From an uncultured Dehalococcoidales bacterium (GTDB lineage Bacteria; Chloroflexota; Dehalococcoidia; GIF9; AB-539-J10), in assembly GCA_964394145.1 (NCBI GenBank), contig CAYMVL010000025.1, positions 96,493 to 160,492 on the forward strand: DNA of 64,000 nucleotides, given 5' to 3'. The notes below the pieces were generated by a model. The model was given only the letters and a program-made list of their open reading frames with translations. It made no database searches and was not told where the DNA came from. Position 1 is the first letter of the stretch. Each line of letters opens with the position of its first letter. The translations under genes were made by a program, and so were the position numbers. Shown here in pieces: positions 34,797-45,254 of the stretch.

Positions 34797-35240
34797 TCAG
34801 TCTCTTGCAATGACGCCGATAACGTCTATCTCAACCAGGAATCCTGGCTTTGCCAGATTGACCTGCATAAACGTGCTAGCCGGTGGATTCTCAACAAGAT
34901 AAGGAGCATACTTCTGGTAGTACTCCAGCTCCGTCTTGCGCATCTTTGGATAATCTTCCAGGCGCTTCAGGAGTATCAGTGTCTTGATAACGTTATCCAT
35001 AGAGCTCCCTGCTTCCTCCATGGCATGTCTAACCTTATTTAGAGCTATCACCATCTGCTCCTCAAAGACATCGGTTTCCAGCCTGACAGTCTCATCATTC
35101 TGCCCCTGGCAGCCAGAAATGAAGATGAGGTTACCAACCACAACAGACCTGGCAAACTTTGGTGCTTCTGCGCTAACATTTGGATACGCCAGTCTCTTAC
35201 CACCCCAGTATTCCGGATAATATTTGACTTTCTCGTCCAT
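34797..35240 (-). CDS. RidA/YjgF family reactive-intermediate deaminase
   Basis: MDEKVKYYP...IFISGCQG...LVEIDVIGVIARD. The ATG at 35240 has an AAGGAGGG SD. The longest ORF, to 35372, has no SD. Confidence 0.8.
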   Translation of the reverse strand: MDEKVKYYPEYWGGKRLAYPNVSAEAPKFARSVVVGNLIFISGCQGQNDETVRLETDVFEEQMVIALNKVRHAMEEAGSSMDNVIKTLILLKRLEDYPKMRKTELEYYQKYAPYLVENPPASTFMQVNLAKPGFLVEIDVIGVIARD

Positions 35241-35474
35241 CGTTCCCTCCTTGGTTACGTGATTATCCTGACGCTGAAATGGTAGCAGCCTTCGGAAAAA
35301 TATGTCAACATGCTGTGCTGACCAAGGCTTTGATAAACTGATGTCCCCAAAGTATAATGAGACCTGCAACAATAAAGCTGATGAGGACTATTGTGTGCAG
35401 ATTATTAGTAAGATGCCGCTATCTTTTCCCGGAGTCGACCTCAGAAGGGTGATTATAGCTTCAAGAATTGATTT

Positions 35475-35559
35475 GGAGAGGTGACCGAGTGGTTTATGGT
35501 GCCGCTCCCGAAAAGCGGTGGGCAGCAATGCCTCGTGGGTTCGAATCCCACCCTCTCCG
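35475..35559 (+). tRNA. tRNA-Ser (anticodon CGA), long variable arm
   Basis: ggagagg acceptor, 3-bp D stem, anticodon stem ccgct/agcgg with loop CCCGAAA (C at position 33 is unusual), long variable arm, T-loop GGTTCGAAT. 85 nt. Confidence 0.75.
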
Positions 35560-35709
35560 CAGGGCAAGCGACCTGTTGAATCGATAAAGACTGACAGATG
35601 GGCAACAGGCAGCTACACAGCCGTGAGCTGTTTAGTAAAGGAACTAAGGTTTAATTGCAGAATATGCTTGAGTACCCGGCAGTTATTGGCTAATATATCC
35701 CCGAAACAT

Positions 35710-35798
<89 letters not shown>

Positions 35799-35952
35799 AA
35801 ATTATGCCTGAGATTGATATTACTAAGGCAGTCCCTGCCATAATTAGCGGCTTAAGAGAGCGATTCGGCTTTTCAACCCGATCGATAGAATAGTCTATGC
35901 TGCGCAAAATTCAGACCTGTTAGTATAATGCTTGTTTGAAAGGAGAACCCTT

Positions 35953-36648
35953 ATGAAGACAATTGGACTTATCGGTGGAATGAGCTGGGAGTCAACGGCG
36001 GAGTATTATCGAATCATTAATGAAGCTGTGAGGGAAAAGCTGGGCGGGTCTCATTCAGGCAAAATCATAATGTATAGCGTCGATTTCGAAGACGTCAGAA
36101 GAGTCCAGTTTGAGGAGAACTGGTTTGAGGCCACAAGATTGATGATAGACGCCGCCAGAAGGGTGGAAAGGGGCGGCGCAGACTTTCTTCTCATCTGCAC
36201 CAATACCATGCACATGATGGCAGATGATGTCGCTGCAAGTATAAACATCCCCCTGCTGCACATAGTTGATGTCACTGCCAGGGAGATTACTCCGTCCGGT
36301 CTTAAGAAACTGGGCCTTCTGGGTTCCACATTTACTATGGAGCAGGACTTCTACAAGGGACGGTTAAAAGAGAAATACGATCTTGATGTTATAGTTCCCG
36401 GCGAAGCTGAGCGCGATTTTATTGACAATGTCATCTTCGGGGAATTATGCCTGGGAGAAATAAGGGACTCATCAAGACAGCAGATTAAGAGGATTATGAA
36501 AGAGCTTATTAAGGGTGGTGCACAGGGAATCATTTTAGGCTGCACGGAATTGCCTCTTCTGATAGGGCAGGAGGATTGTCCGGTTCCTCTCTTTGATACC
36601 ACAGCAATACATGCCCAAGCTGCCGTAGATTATGCTCTCAGGAACTAG
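35953..36648 (+). CDS. aspartate/glutamate racemase family protein
   Basis: MKTIGLIGGMSWESTAEYY...ILGCTELPLL, an Asp_Glu_race pattern with the two catalytic Cys/Thr regions. AGGAGAA SD before the ATG at 35953. Confidence 0.8.
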   Translation: MKTIGLIGGMSWESTAEYYRIINEAVREKLGGSHSGKIIMYSVDFEDVRRVQFEENWFEATRLMIDAARRVERGGADFLLICTNTMHMMADDVAASINIPLLHIVDVTAREITPSGLKKLGLLGSTFTMEQDFYKGRLKEKYDLDVIVPGEAERDFIDNVIFGELCLGEIRDSSRQQIKRIMKELIKGGAQGIILGCTELPLLIGQEDCPVPLFDTTAIHAQAAVDYALRN

Positions 36649-36666
36649 GAGCGAGAGGGTTATTAA

Positions 36667-37683
36667 ATGAGTTCTCCGACCCGGAAAACGCCGAGAATTG
36701 GTTTGGCCTTAGGTGGCGGTGGCGCCCGGGGCCTAGCCCATATCGGGGTACTGAAGGCTATGGAGCAGGAATCTATTCCTATTGACGTGATATCCGGCAC
36801 GAGCGCGGGTGCAATTGTAGGAGCTTTCTATGCTAAAGAAAGAAATGCGGCTATCCTGGAGGAGATAGCATTAGGGATAGATTGGAGGAAGATGGCTCGC
36901 CTGCTTGACCCCAACTTATTGTTGCTGGACAAGGGCTTGGTTCATGGCGCGAAAGTGAAGGAATTCATTAAATCCATCATCGGGGATGTTAAGTTCGAGG
37001 ACTTAGAAATACCGCTGGCGATTGTAGCTGCTGATGCAGAGACTATGGAGGAAGTTGTCATCGACGAAGGCTCGGTGCTAGAAGCGGTTAGAGCAAGCAT
37101 ATCGCTGCCGGTCATATTGACTCCGGTAAAGCGGGATAACAGGTTCTTAATTGATGGTGGCATAGTCAACCCCGTACCTGCGGACGTAGTACGCAGTATG
37201 GGAGCTGAAATAGTCATTGCGGTGAATGTAGTCCCCCCTCCACCACATAAAAGGCAGGCCAGGCGAGCCCCTAAAAAACAGATGCCTGAGAAAACACAGG
37301 CTTCGCGCCCTCAGAGTGTTCGTTTACTTACTGTGAGGAGGAAATTCGACAGCTTGCTACAAGAGTACAGGGAGAGAATTGAAGTATTTGACAGGCTCTC
37401 ACAGCTGGCCAAGAGCACAATCCATGAACGCAGAAGCAGGATAGCCCCCGGCACTCCCACCATCGTAGATGTACTGATACACTCGCTGGAGGCTATGCAA
37501 TATGAACGCATCAGGTTAAGGACAATAACTGCCGATATAACTATAAGCCCCGACGTGGGGGATATTGGAATGTTTGGCTTCTATAAGGGGGAGGAGGCTA
37601 TAGCGCAAGGTTATAAAGCTGCAAAAGAAGCACTACCAAAGGTGAGAGAAAAGATCGATTCCCTAACATTTTTACCTTCGTAA
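36667..37683 (+). CDS. patatin-like phospholipase
   Basis: GLALGGGGARGLAHIGVL oxyanion motif, GTSAG nucleophile elbow, and DGG catalytic Asp. Confidence 0.85.
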   Translation: MSSPTRKTPRIGLALGGGGARGLAHIGVLKAMEQESIPIDVISGTSAGAIVGAFYAKERNAAILEEIALGIDWRKMARLLDPNLLLLDKGLVHGAKVKEFIKSIIGDVKFEDLEIPLAIVAADAETMEEVVIDEGSVLEAVRASISLPVILTPVKRDNRFLIDGGIVNPVPADVVRSMGAEIVIAVNVVPPPPHKRQARRAPKKQMPEKTQASRPQSVRLLTVRRKFDSLLQEYRERIEVFDRLSQLAKSTIHERRSRIAPGTPTIVDVLIHSLEAMQYERIRLRTITADITISPDVGDIGMFGFYKGEEAIAQGYKAAKEALPKVREKIDSLTFLPS

Positions 37684-37779
37684 TGCATAATAGCCCTCTC
37701 TTGAGCATAGTCCATTGCCACGCTTAAGCCTGTTATATATAATGTTAGCTGAGACATTTCGGGTAAGGAGGTAGAGAAG

Positions 37780-38991
37780 ATGGGGATACACAGAGCAAGA
37801 AAATTTCTTGTGATTTTCACTGTACTGGCTATGGCAATCATGCTAATTGGTGCCTGTAGCCCGCCAGCACCCTCACCGACAGAACCGGTACCAGCACCAG
37901 AACCAGTACCGGTACCGCTACCAGAACCGGAACCTGCAGAGCCTGGGGCCAACCGACCACCAGAAGTCTCAAGGCTAGTTGCTGCACAGACGAATGTCCT
38001 GCCTCTGGCTATCATCGAGATTCGGTGCCTTGCGTCAGACCCGGACGGCGACCCTATCACTTATGCGTGGACAACCACCGGTGGAAGTTTCAGCGGCACC
38101 GGAGCTACAGTCTCCTGGGTGGCACCACAGCATTATGGAGCTTACGATGTAACAGTCACCGTAAGCGATGACAAGCATAGCATCACAAAAGCTACTATAA
38201 ATCTAACCGTCATATCCAACCAGAACCCGCAGATTCTGAGCCTGTCTGCTGAACCTGATACGGTCCTGCCCAATAAGAAATCAACGCTTAGATGCGTTGC
38301 TACGGACCCTGATGGGGATGTGCTGAGCTACAGCTGGAGCGCCGATTCTGGCAGCATCACCGGCGTGGGTGATACAGTCGTCTGGATAGCACCGGATAGA
38401 GAGGGAGAGTTCACCATTACAGCCACCGTCGATGATGGCGAAGGCGGACAGAATGCGGCAGATGTATCGGTGGCTGTCGTTCCAACCGAGCAGACAACAA
38501 CTTTCACCCCGGTGCCTGCGGAAACCGGCAAGGTATCGAGTGAGGGAGATAAGGATGTCTCAAGGATGATAGCAGGAGATGATGGCAATAATATTGCCTA
38601 TCATGCCTTCTGGAGCTTTGACCTCTATAGCTTGAGGGGCACCGACGTTAAAGATGCCAAGCTGACTCTTTCTACCAAGGAAGTAGTCGGCGAACCATTC
38701 CATAAGAATACAGGACTTAATGGCCTACGCATAGCAGCAGTCCGTTATGAAGAGGGACACTTGCCAATTTTTGCCCCGGAAATATACAGCGAGCTATCTC
38801 CAATTATGTGGGAAGCGCCTGCAAAAGATATAGATGTAACGAAATTGGTGAGGAGTATTGGGCTGCGTCTTAGTGCCAGTGATCGTTTGCAGGTAGAAGC
38901 CCTGTTTATACACGAAACCAATGCCAACTATGTCGCTGACCACGTTGAATGGCTATCGGCTACACTTACTGTCACCTATACAAGGGAATGA
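37780..38991 (+). CDS. secreted lipoprotein with Pro-rich linker and tandem Ig-like (PKD-like) domains
   Basis: Signal peptide plus lipobox LIGAC, a (PEPV)-rich linker, and two DPDGDxxxYxW...WxAP...G.Y...V.V.D repeats. AAGGAGGT SD. Confidence 0.6.
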   Translation: MGIHRARKFLVIFTVLAMAIMLIGACSPPAPSPTEPVPAPEPVPVPLPEPEPAEPGANRPPEVSRLVAAQTNVLPLAIIEIRCLASDPDGDPITYAWTTTGGSFSGTGATVSWVAPQHYGAYDVTVTVSDDKHSITKATINLTVISNQNPQILSLSAEPDTVLPNKKSTLRCVATDPDGDVLSYSWSADSGSITGVGDTVVWIAPDREGEFTITATVDDGEGGQNAADVSVAVVPTEQTTTFTPVPAETGKVSSEGDKDVSRMIAGDDGNNIAYHAFWSFDLYSLRGTDVKDAKLTLSTKEVVGEPFHKNTGLNGLRIAAVRYEEGHLPIFAPEIYSELSPIMWEAPAKDIDVTKLVRSIGLRLSASDRLQVEALFIHETNANYVADHVEWLSATLTVTYTRE

Positions 38992-39171
38992 GGAAAAGAT
39001 TGATCTTTTCCTTGCACATGGCTGATACAGTGCTATTATTAAGCTACGTCTGGCATTTATGAATATAGATGTAGCAGCGTTGGCCCGCACTTTATTACTT
39101 GCTTCTGAAAGCCCGGGGATTCTGTCCTTTCTTGCTTATCTTGCCTATGCTAAAATCCTCTAAGATTTCAC

Positions 39172-40278
39172 ATGGTAAGCGATGATGAACTGAAATACTG
39201 GGTAGGCCTCTCCACGATACCCGGGATCGGCCGCATAAGAATTTACCAGCTGAAGGAGCACTTTGGCAGCTTAAAAGCCGCCTGGGAAGCCTCGGAAGCT
39301 GGATTAAGACAGGCTGGCCTGGATTCGCGTAGCGTCGATTCATTGCTTCTGCTGCGCTCCAGAATTCCCCTGGACGCAGAGATGGAAAAACTTGAACGCT
39401 GCAAGGTGAGAGCTCTTAGCTGCGAAGACCCGTCCTATCCTTCTAGACTGAAGGAGATTTACGATTATCCACCAGTGCTTTATGTTCGAGGTAACTTACC
39501 ACTACAATCTGAACCCCACCTTGCCATCGTCGGCACACGCCGCCCCACCATCTACGGGCGGCAGGTCACTGAAGAACTCGTCACTGACTTGGTACGAAGC
39601 AACATAACCATTGTTAGCGGATTAGCCAGGGGAATTGACTCGGTGGCCCATCGCACCGCTATTGATGCCGGAGGTAAGACCATAGCCGTTTTCGCGTCTG
39701 GCCTGGATATCGTCTATCCTGCGGAGAATGCTAATTTAGCACAGGCAGTTATGGAACACGGAGCTCTGGTAAGTGAGTACCCTTTAGGCATAAGGCCCAA
39801 AGCAGAGAACTTCCCACTCCGTAATCGCATTATGAGCGGCTTGAGCTTAGGAGTACTGGTAATAGAAGCGGGCGAAAGGAGCGGAGCCCTGATCACTGCA
39901 CACCAGGCAGTAGAACAGAACCGGGACGTTTTTGCTATACCTGGTAGCATTCTTTCTCCCGCGAGTAAAGGAACTAATCGCCTTATTCAAGAGGGAGCGA
40001 AGTTGGTCTGTAGTGGTGACGACATTCTAGTGGAGCTAAATTTGACCACGATAGCTCAGCAGCTACAAATTGAGGAATTTCAACCAGCCAGCGACATTGA
40101 AGCAGCCATAACAAAACAGTTAAGCTCTGAGCCATGCCACATAGATGAGATTTCCCGCCGTAGCGGTCTATCCATGCCTGAGGTGAGTAGCACACTGGCT
40201 ATGTTAGAGTTGAAAAGAATTGCGAAACAGGTGGGGAATATGAACTATGTGCTGGCCCATGACATACGGATAGGGTGA
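39172..40278 (+). CDS. dprA: DNA-processing protein DprA (Smf)
   Basis: Rossmann-like DprA core (GLARGIDSVAHRTAIDAGGKTIAVFASGLD) with N-terminal SAM and C-terminal winged-helix extension. Confidence 0.85.
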   Translation: MVSDDELKYWVGLSTIPGIGRIRIYQLKEHFGSLKAAWEASEAGLRQAGLDSRSVDSLLLLRSRIPLDAEMEKLERCKVRALSCEDPSYPSRLKEIYDYPPVLYVRGNLPLQSEPHLAIVGTRRPTIYGRQVTEELVTDLVRSNITIVSGLARGIDSVAHRTAIDAGGKTIAVFASGLDIVYPAENANLAQAVMEHGALVSEYPLGIRPKAENFPLRNRIMSGLSLGVLVIEAGERSGALITAHQAVEQNRDVFAIPGSILSPASKGTNRLIQEGAKLVCSGDDILVELNLTTIAQQLQIEEFQPASDIEAAITKQLSSEPCHIDEISRRSGLSMPEVSSTLAMLELKRIAKQVGNMNYVLAHDIRIG

Positions 40279-40281
40279 GTT

Positions 40282-42513
40282 ATGTCCACTAAATTAGTCA
40301 TCGTTGAATCTCCAGCTAAGGCAAGGACGCTTAACAGGATTCTGGGTCGTAGCTACACTATTAAGGCCTCACTGGGACACGTGCGCGATTTGCCCAAATC
40401 CAGCCTGGGGCTAAGCATAAAAGAAGACTTCACCCCGAACTACATTGTTCCGGTCCAGAAGAGGAAGGTCATTAAAGAGATTAAAGAGGCAGCAAGCAAA
40501 GCTACTTCCATTTATCTGGCTACTGACCCTGACCGTGAGGGAGAGGCAATCTCCTGGCACCTGGTGCAAGCGGCTGACTTAGACAAGAATAAGATCCCCA
40601 TTCACCGTATTGGTTTCCACGAAATAACAGAGGATGCCGTTAAAGGAGCGTTCAAGAATCCTCGCTCCATCGACATGAATCTGGTAAACGCCCAACAAGC
40701 CAGGCGTATCCTCGATAGACTTGTCGGCTATAAACTGAGCCCGCTATTATGGAAAAAAGTTCAGAGAGGACTATCGGCAGGTAGGGTTCAGTCCGTCGCG
40801 TTAAGAATAGTAGTTGACCGAGAGCGAGAAATCCAGAATTTCGTTCGCCAGGAGTACTGGACCATCGAGGTTGAATTAACTCCCAGCAAAGAAAAAGAGA
40901 CAAGCTTCAAAGCTATATTGCAGGGATTAGCGGATAACGGCAAGCTGGATATCCATGACAAGACTCAAGTCGACCATATTGTTGCCTATCTGGAGAAGGC
41001 TGAGTATATAGTCAAGTCAATACAAACTAAGAGCATAGTTAGACAGCCGTCTGCACCTTTTATCACCAGCACGCTCCAGCAGGAAGCCTGGAGAAAACTG
41101 CATTTCACTGCCAAGCGCACTATGGCTATTGCCCAGCAACTATATGAAGGTTTGCCTCTGGCCAAGGAAGGCTCAGTAGGTCTCATTACCTATATGCGTA
41201 CCGACTCCACTCATGTGGCTGCCTCTGCTCTATCTGAAGCAAGAAATTTCATCGCCGAAAGATACGGAAATGCTTTTCTGCCAGCGAAGCCACGCAGTTT
41301 CGCGAGGAAGGCAAAATGGGCGCAAGAAGCTCATGAAGCAATCCGCCCTACTCAGATTCACCGCGAACCAGCACAAATTAAGGCATTCCTTAACTCGGAG
41401 CAACTGAAACTATATAAACTCATCTGGAACCGTATGGTGGCAAGCCAGATGTCACCCGCACTGTACGATGTGACCAGCGTCGATATAGAGGCAAGCAGTG
41501 CTAACAACAAGTTACAGGCGGACCAATCTCAAGGCTATCTACTTAAGGCAGTGAGCTCTGTAGTCAAATCCCCCGGGTTTATGGTCCTCTATAGCGAAGG
41601 CAGGGACGAAGATGAGGGGGAAGACAGCTTTGTTTCATTGCCTGAACTACAGGTTGGTACCAGTTTGGTCTACCTGGGAATTTTACCCCAGCAGCACTTT
41701 ACCGAACCACCTCCCCGCTACAGCGAAGCAACGTTGATTAAGGCACTGGAACAAAAAGGAATTGGGCGTCCCAGCACCTACGCCCCTATCATATCTACCA
41801 TTCAGGAGAGAGACTATGTCTACAAAGTGGATGGGAAATTCTGTCCTGACGATGTGGGCATAACAGTCAACGATATTTTGAATAAGCATTTCCCCAAAAT
41901 TGTTGACACCGGTTTTACTGCCCAAATGGAAAAACAACTGGACAAGATAGCTCAAGGCAAACAAGAATGGGTGACTGTGCTCAGAGAGTTCTACACCCCG
42001 TTTGAGAATACGCTGCTCAAGGCTTCAGCAAATATACCTAAGATCGATGTGAGCAAGACAACAGATGTGACCTGCCCCAAATGCGGCCGCCCAATGGTGA
42101 TAAAATTAGGCAGGTTTGGCAAGTTCTTGGCCTGCAGTGGCTATCCTGAATGCAAGACGACCATGCCCTACCTGGTCAAAACGGGTGTGCGTTGCCCCGA
42201 ATGCGGTGGTGAGTTGGTGGAAAGAGTCAATAAAAAGAAGAAGGTATTTTATGGATGCAGCAATTTCCCCAGGTGCCAATTTACCACAAGCTACAAGCCA
42301 ATCGCTCAACCTTGCCCCCGATGTGGCAAACTCCTCGTATTGTTCAGAAAAGGCTGGGTGAAATGCACAGCTTGTGGATATAAGGCAAGGTTGGAAGAAC
42401 TGGAGTTGAAGGAACGAGGTGGGACAGATGGAGTTGCCAGGCAAACAGGGCCGGAGCAATCTTCCGAGACTGTCATGCTTAGCTCTCAAAAAAAAGAAGG
42501 AGTAGACTTATGA
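40282..42513 (+). CDS. topA: DNA topoisomerase I
   Basis: TOPRIM (LVIVESPAKA) and catalytic Tyr region, with three C-terminal C4 zinc ribbons (CPKCGRP, CPECGGE, CPRCGK). Confidence 0.9.
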   Translation: MSTKLVIVESPAKARTLNRILGRSYTIKASLGHVRDLPKSSLGLSIKEDFTPNYIVPVQKRKVIKEIKEAASKATSIYLATDPDREGEAISWHLVQAADLDKNKIPIHRIGFHEITEDAVKGAFKNPRSIDMNLVNAQQARRILDRLVGYKLSPLLWKKVQRGLSAGRVQSVALRIVVDREREIQNFVRQEYWTIEVELTPSKEKETSFKAILQGLADNGKLDIHDKTQVDHIVAYLEKAEYIVKSIQTKSIVRQPSAPFITSTLQQEAWRKLHFTAKRTMAIAQQLYEGLPLAKEGSVGLITYMRTDSTHVAASALSEARNFIAERYGNAFLPAKPRSFARKAKWAQEAHEAIRPTQIHREPAQIKAFLNSEQLKLYKLIWNRMVASQMSPALYDVTSVDIEASSANNKLQADQSQGYLLKAVSSVVKSPGFMVLYSEGRDEDEGEDSFVSLPELQVGTSLVYLGILPQQHFTEPPPRYSEATLIKALEQKGIGRPSTYAPIISTIQERDYVYKVDGKFCPDDVGITVNDILNKHFPKIVDTGFTAQMEKQLDKIAQGKQEWVTVLREFYTPFENTLLKASANIPKIDVSKTTDVTCPKCGRPMVIKLGRFGKFLACSGYPECKTTMPYLVKTGVRCPECGGELVERVNKKKKVFYGCSNFPRCQFTTSYKPIAQPCPRCGKLLVLFRKGWVKCTACGYKARLEELELKERGGTDGVARQTGPEQSSETVMLSSQKKEGVDL

Positions 42514-42956
42514 GAATACTGGTTGTTAATGGACCAAATTTGAATATGCTGGGCAAAAGGGATAGGGAAATATACACAGACAAGGCTTTGGCCGAAATTG
42601 ATTCGCTGTTGAAGAAGCAAGGCGAGGCGCTAAATGTAGAGGTAATAACATTTCAGTCCAATAGCGAAGGTGCGCTTATAGACTTTGTGCAACAGCAATC
42701 GAGTTCAGCTGATGGTATAATCATCAACCCTGGAGCACTTACTCACTACAGCTTCTCTCTAAGAGATGCTCTGACTGACTCCAGATTACCGATAATCGAA
42801 GTCCACTTATCTAATATTTACAGCCGGGAGCCGTGGCGGGCGAATTCCGTAATTGCTCCTATAGTGAAAGGCCAAATCAGTGGCTTGGGCTGGAGGGGAT
42901 ATAGCGCTGCTTTACAGACCTTGGTAGATGAATTGAGGGCCGGGAATTGGAAATAG
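42510..42956 (+). CDS. aroQ: type II 3-dehydroquinate dehydratase
   Basis: MRILVVNGPNLNMLGKRDREIYT...IIINPGALTHYS, the canonical AroQ sequence. Confidence 0.9.
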   Translation: MRILVVNGPNLNMLGKRDREIYTDKALAEIDSLLKKQGEALNVEVITFQSNSEGALIDFVQQQSSSADGIIINPGALTHYSFSLRDALTDSRLPIIEVHLSNIYSREPWRANSVIAPIVKGQISGLGWRGYSAALQTLVDELRAGNWK

Positions 42957-44032
42957 AACGGCTACGGCGATTGAGGGCAACGCTTGCCGACAAGGGCATG
43001 GATGGACTTGTAGTGTCCAATCCACAGAACCTGCGTTACCTCTCCGGGTTTACCGGCTCTTCAGGGTGGCTGCTTATCTCTGAAAACAAGGCCATTTTAG
43101 CTACCGACTTCCGCTATATAGAGCAAGCCAAGATGGAAGCACCTGATTACGAAATCTCTCTCATCAAAGGGGACCTGAGCAATTGGCTACCCAATTTGAT
43201 ATCAGACCTCAACTGGCAGAAGCTAGCCTTCGAGGACACTTCTGTTTCTTACCATAGCTATCGTATGCTGAGTGACACAGTTAAATCCAAACTGGTTAAC
43301 CTTGAGCTTGTTCCCTCCGGTGGGCTGGTAGAGCAGCTTCGTAGCATAAAGGAGCCCGAGGAGCTGGAGCTAATTAAGAGAGCGGTGGAATTGACCGATG
43401 CTGCTTTTGAACAGGCTAAATTGATAATCCGGCCCGGCGTAACAGAAAAGGAAGTTGCCTGGGAACTGGAGAAGCTTCTTCGTGATAATGGAAGCGAGCA
43501 GTTGGCATTTGACATTATCTTAGCCTCAGGGCCCAATTCAGCTTTGCCCCATGCAAAACCTACCGAAAGAGCAATTTGCGCTGGCGAACCTGTGCTGATC
43601 GATATGGGGGCTAAGATCGGTGGTTATTGTGGCGACTTCAGCCGCACTTTGTGCTGCGGCCAGGCTGACAAGACCTTGCAGGAAATTTATGGCGTAGTAT
43701 TACAGGCACAAACCGCAGCTATGTCAGGAATTGAATCAGGCATAGGTGCTTCACAAGCAGATGCACTGGCGCGGACCGTTATTGAGCAGGCAGGCTACGG
43801 CGATGCTTTTGGACATAGTCTGGGACATGGCATTGGCTTATCGGTGCACGAGCTTCCCACCCTTGCTCCAAATTCCTCAGATTTGCTTATAGATGACATG
43901 GTCTTTACTGTGGAACCTGGAATCTATATCTCGGGCTGGGGCGGTGTTAGAATTGAGGATATTGCAATTCTGGAAAAAGGCAGGATCAAGATGCTCACCA
44001 GGTCGGAAAAGACGTACGGAGGTATCATATGA
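42947..44032 (+). CDS. pepP: Xaa-Pro aminopeptidase (M24 family)
   Basis: Creatinase-like N-domain plus pita-bread domain with HGIGHSLGLSVHE metal-ligand motif. Confidence 0.85.
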   Translation: MEIERLRRLRATLADKGMDGLVVSNPQNLRYLSGFTGSSGWLLISENKAILATDFRYIEQAKMEAPDYEISLIKGDLSNWLPNLISDLNWQKLAFEDTSVSYHSYRMLSDTVKSKLVNLELVPSGGLVEQLRSIKEPEELELIKRAVELTDAAFEQAKLIIRPGVTEKEVAWELEKLLRDNGSEQLAFDIILASGPNSALPHAKPTERAICAGEPVLIDMGAKIGGYCGDFSRTLCCGQADKTLQEIYGVVLQAQTAAMSGIESGIGASQADALARTVIEQAGYGDAFGHSLGHGIGLSVHELPTLAPNSSDLLIDDMVFTVEPGIYISGWGGVRIEDIAILEKGRIKMLTRSEKTYGGII

Positions 44033-44589
44033 TTGATGCTGGAGAGCTGAGAAAAGGGCTTGCTATAGAGTTAGATGGGAATATATATCAGGTGGCAGAG
44101 TATCAGCATGTCAAAATGCAGCAGAGGCAGCCTGTAGTCAAACTAAAGCTACGTGATGTGCGTAGCGGCGCCGTCACGGAGCGAAATTTTCAGTCTGGTG
44201 ACAAAGTCGAGCCAGTTTTCTTGGAGCACCGCAACGTCCAGTATCTCTATAATGATGGCAATCTGTACTATTTCATGGATAGTGATAACTATGAGCAAAC
44301 AGCTCTGGCCGCCGATCAAGTAGGAGAAGCAATAAACTATCTAAAAGATGGAGTAACCCTCGAGATTCTTACCTGCAAGGGCGAAGCAGTAAGCATAGAG
44401 TTGCCTACTTCAGTAGATCTTGGGGTCGTAGAGACGGAACCTGGTTTCAAGGGGGATAGAGCTACTGCCGGGACCAAATCTGCTAAGCTTGAAACGGGCA
44501 TTGAGGTCCAAGTCCCTCTCTTCATTGACATAGGAGATGTCATTAAGGTTGATACTCGTAGCGGCGGATATATAGAAAAGGTAAGCTAA
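44029..44589 (+). CDS. efp: elongation factor P
   Basis: 186 aa with KGLAIELDGNIYQVAEYQHVKMQQRQPVVKLKLRDVRSG. Overlaps the pepP stop. Confidence 0.9.
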   Translation: MIDAGELRKGLAIELDGNIYQVAEYQHVKMQQRQPVVKLKLRDVRSGAVTERNFQSGDKVEPVFLEHRNVQYLYNDGNLYYFMDSDNYEQTALAADQVGEAINYLKDGVTLEILTCKGEAVSIELPTSVDLGVVETEPGFKGDRATAGTKSAKLETGIEVQVPLFIDIGDVIKVDTRSGGYIEKVS

Positions 44590-45237
44590 TTGCTTAGAGC
44601 CGATTTACATGTTCATAGCTGTTATTCGTGGGACTGTCGCACCCCCCTCGAGGAAATAATCTCTCGTTGCCTTCAAATAGGTATAAGCTGCGTTGCGATA
44701 GCGGATCACCACACCATCGCTGGTGCTTTGAAACTAAAGGAGATTGCTCCTTTCAAGGTGATTGTTGCCGAAGAAGTGCTAACCTCCGCTGGTGAGTTAA
44801 TGGGGCTATTTCTAACCGAGGTAATCCCAAAGGGATTATCTCCTCAGGAAACGATAGCTCGCATCAGAGCTCAGGGTGGGCTGGTCAGTATACCACATCC
44901 TTTTGGCCGATCACCTTTACAAAACGCTAAGGAGCTGCTCTCAGAGGATATCATCTCACAGATTGACGTCATTGAAGTCTTTAACTCGCGCACTCCTTTT
45001 CCCAGTAGCTCCACGAAGGCCTGGAAATTGGCCAAAGAGCATAGACTGGCTGCCAGCGCTGGTAGTGACGCTCACACCCCCCGCGAAATCGGTCGAGCAT
45101 ACGTGGAAATGCCTGAATTCGATGGCTCCGACGATTTTCTGGATTGCCTATCCAAGGGTAGAATATTTGGCCAAAGGTCTAGTCCCCTAATTCACTTTGC
45201 CAGCACCTGGGCAAAGGTAAGGAATCGACTTGCTTAG
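44590..45237 (+). CDS. PHP-domain phosphoesterase
   Basis: ADLHVHSCYSWD His-motif I and further PHP His/Asp motifs. TTG start directly after the efp stop (AAGGTAAG SD-like). Confidence 0.7.
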   Translation: MLRADLHVHSCYSWDCRTPLEEIISRCLQIGISCVAIADHHTIAGALKLKEIAPFKVIVAEEVLTSAGELMGLFLTEVIPKGLSPQETIARIRAQGGLVSIPHPFGRSPLQNAKELLSEDIISQIDVIEVFNSRTPFPSSSTKAWKLAKEHRLAASAGSDAHTPREIGRAYVEMPEFDGSDDFLDCLSKGRIFGQRSSPLIHFASTWAKVRNRLA

Positions 45238-45254
45238 GGAGGTAAAGCTAAACT

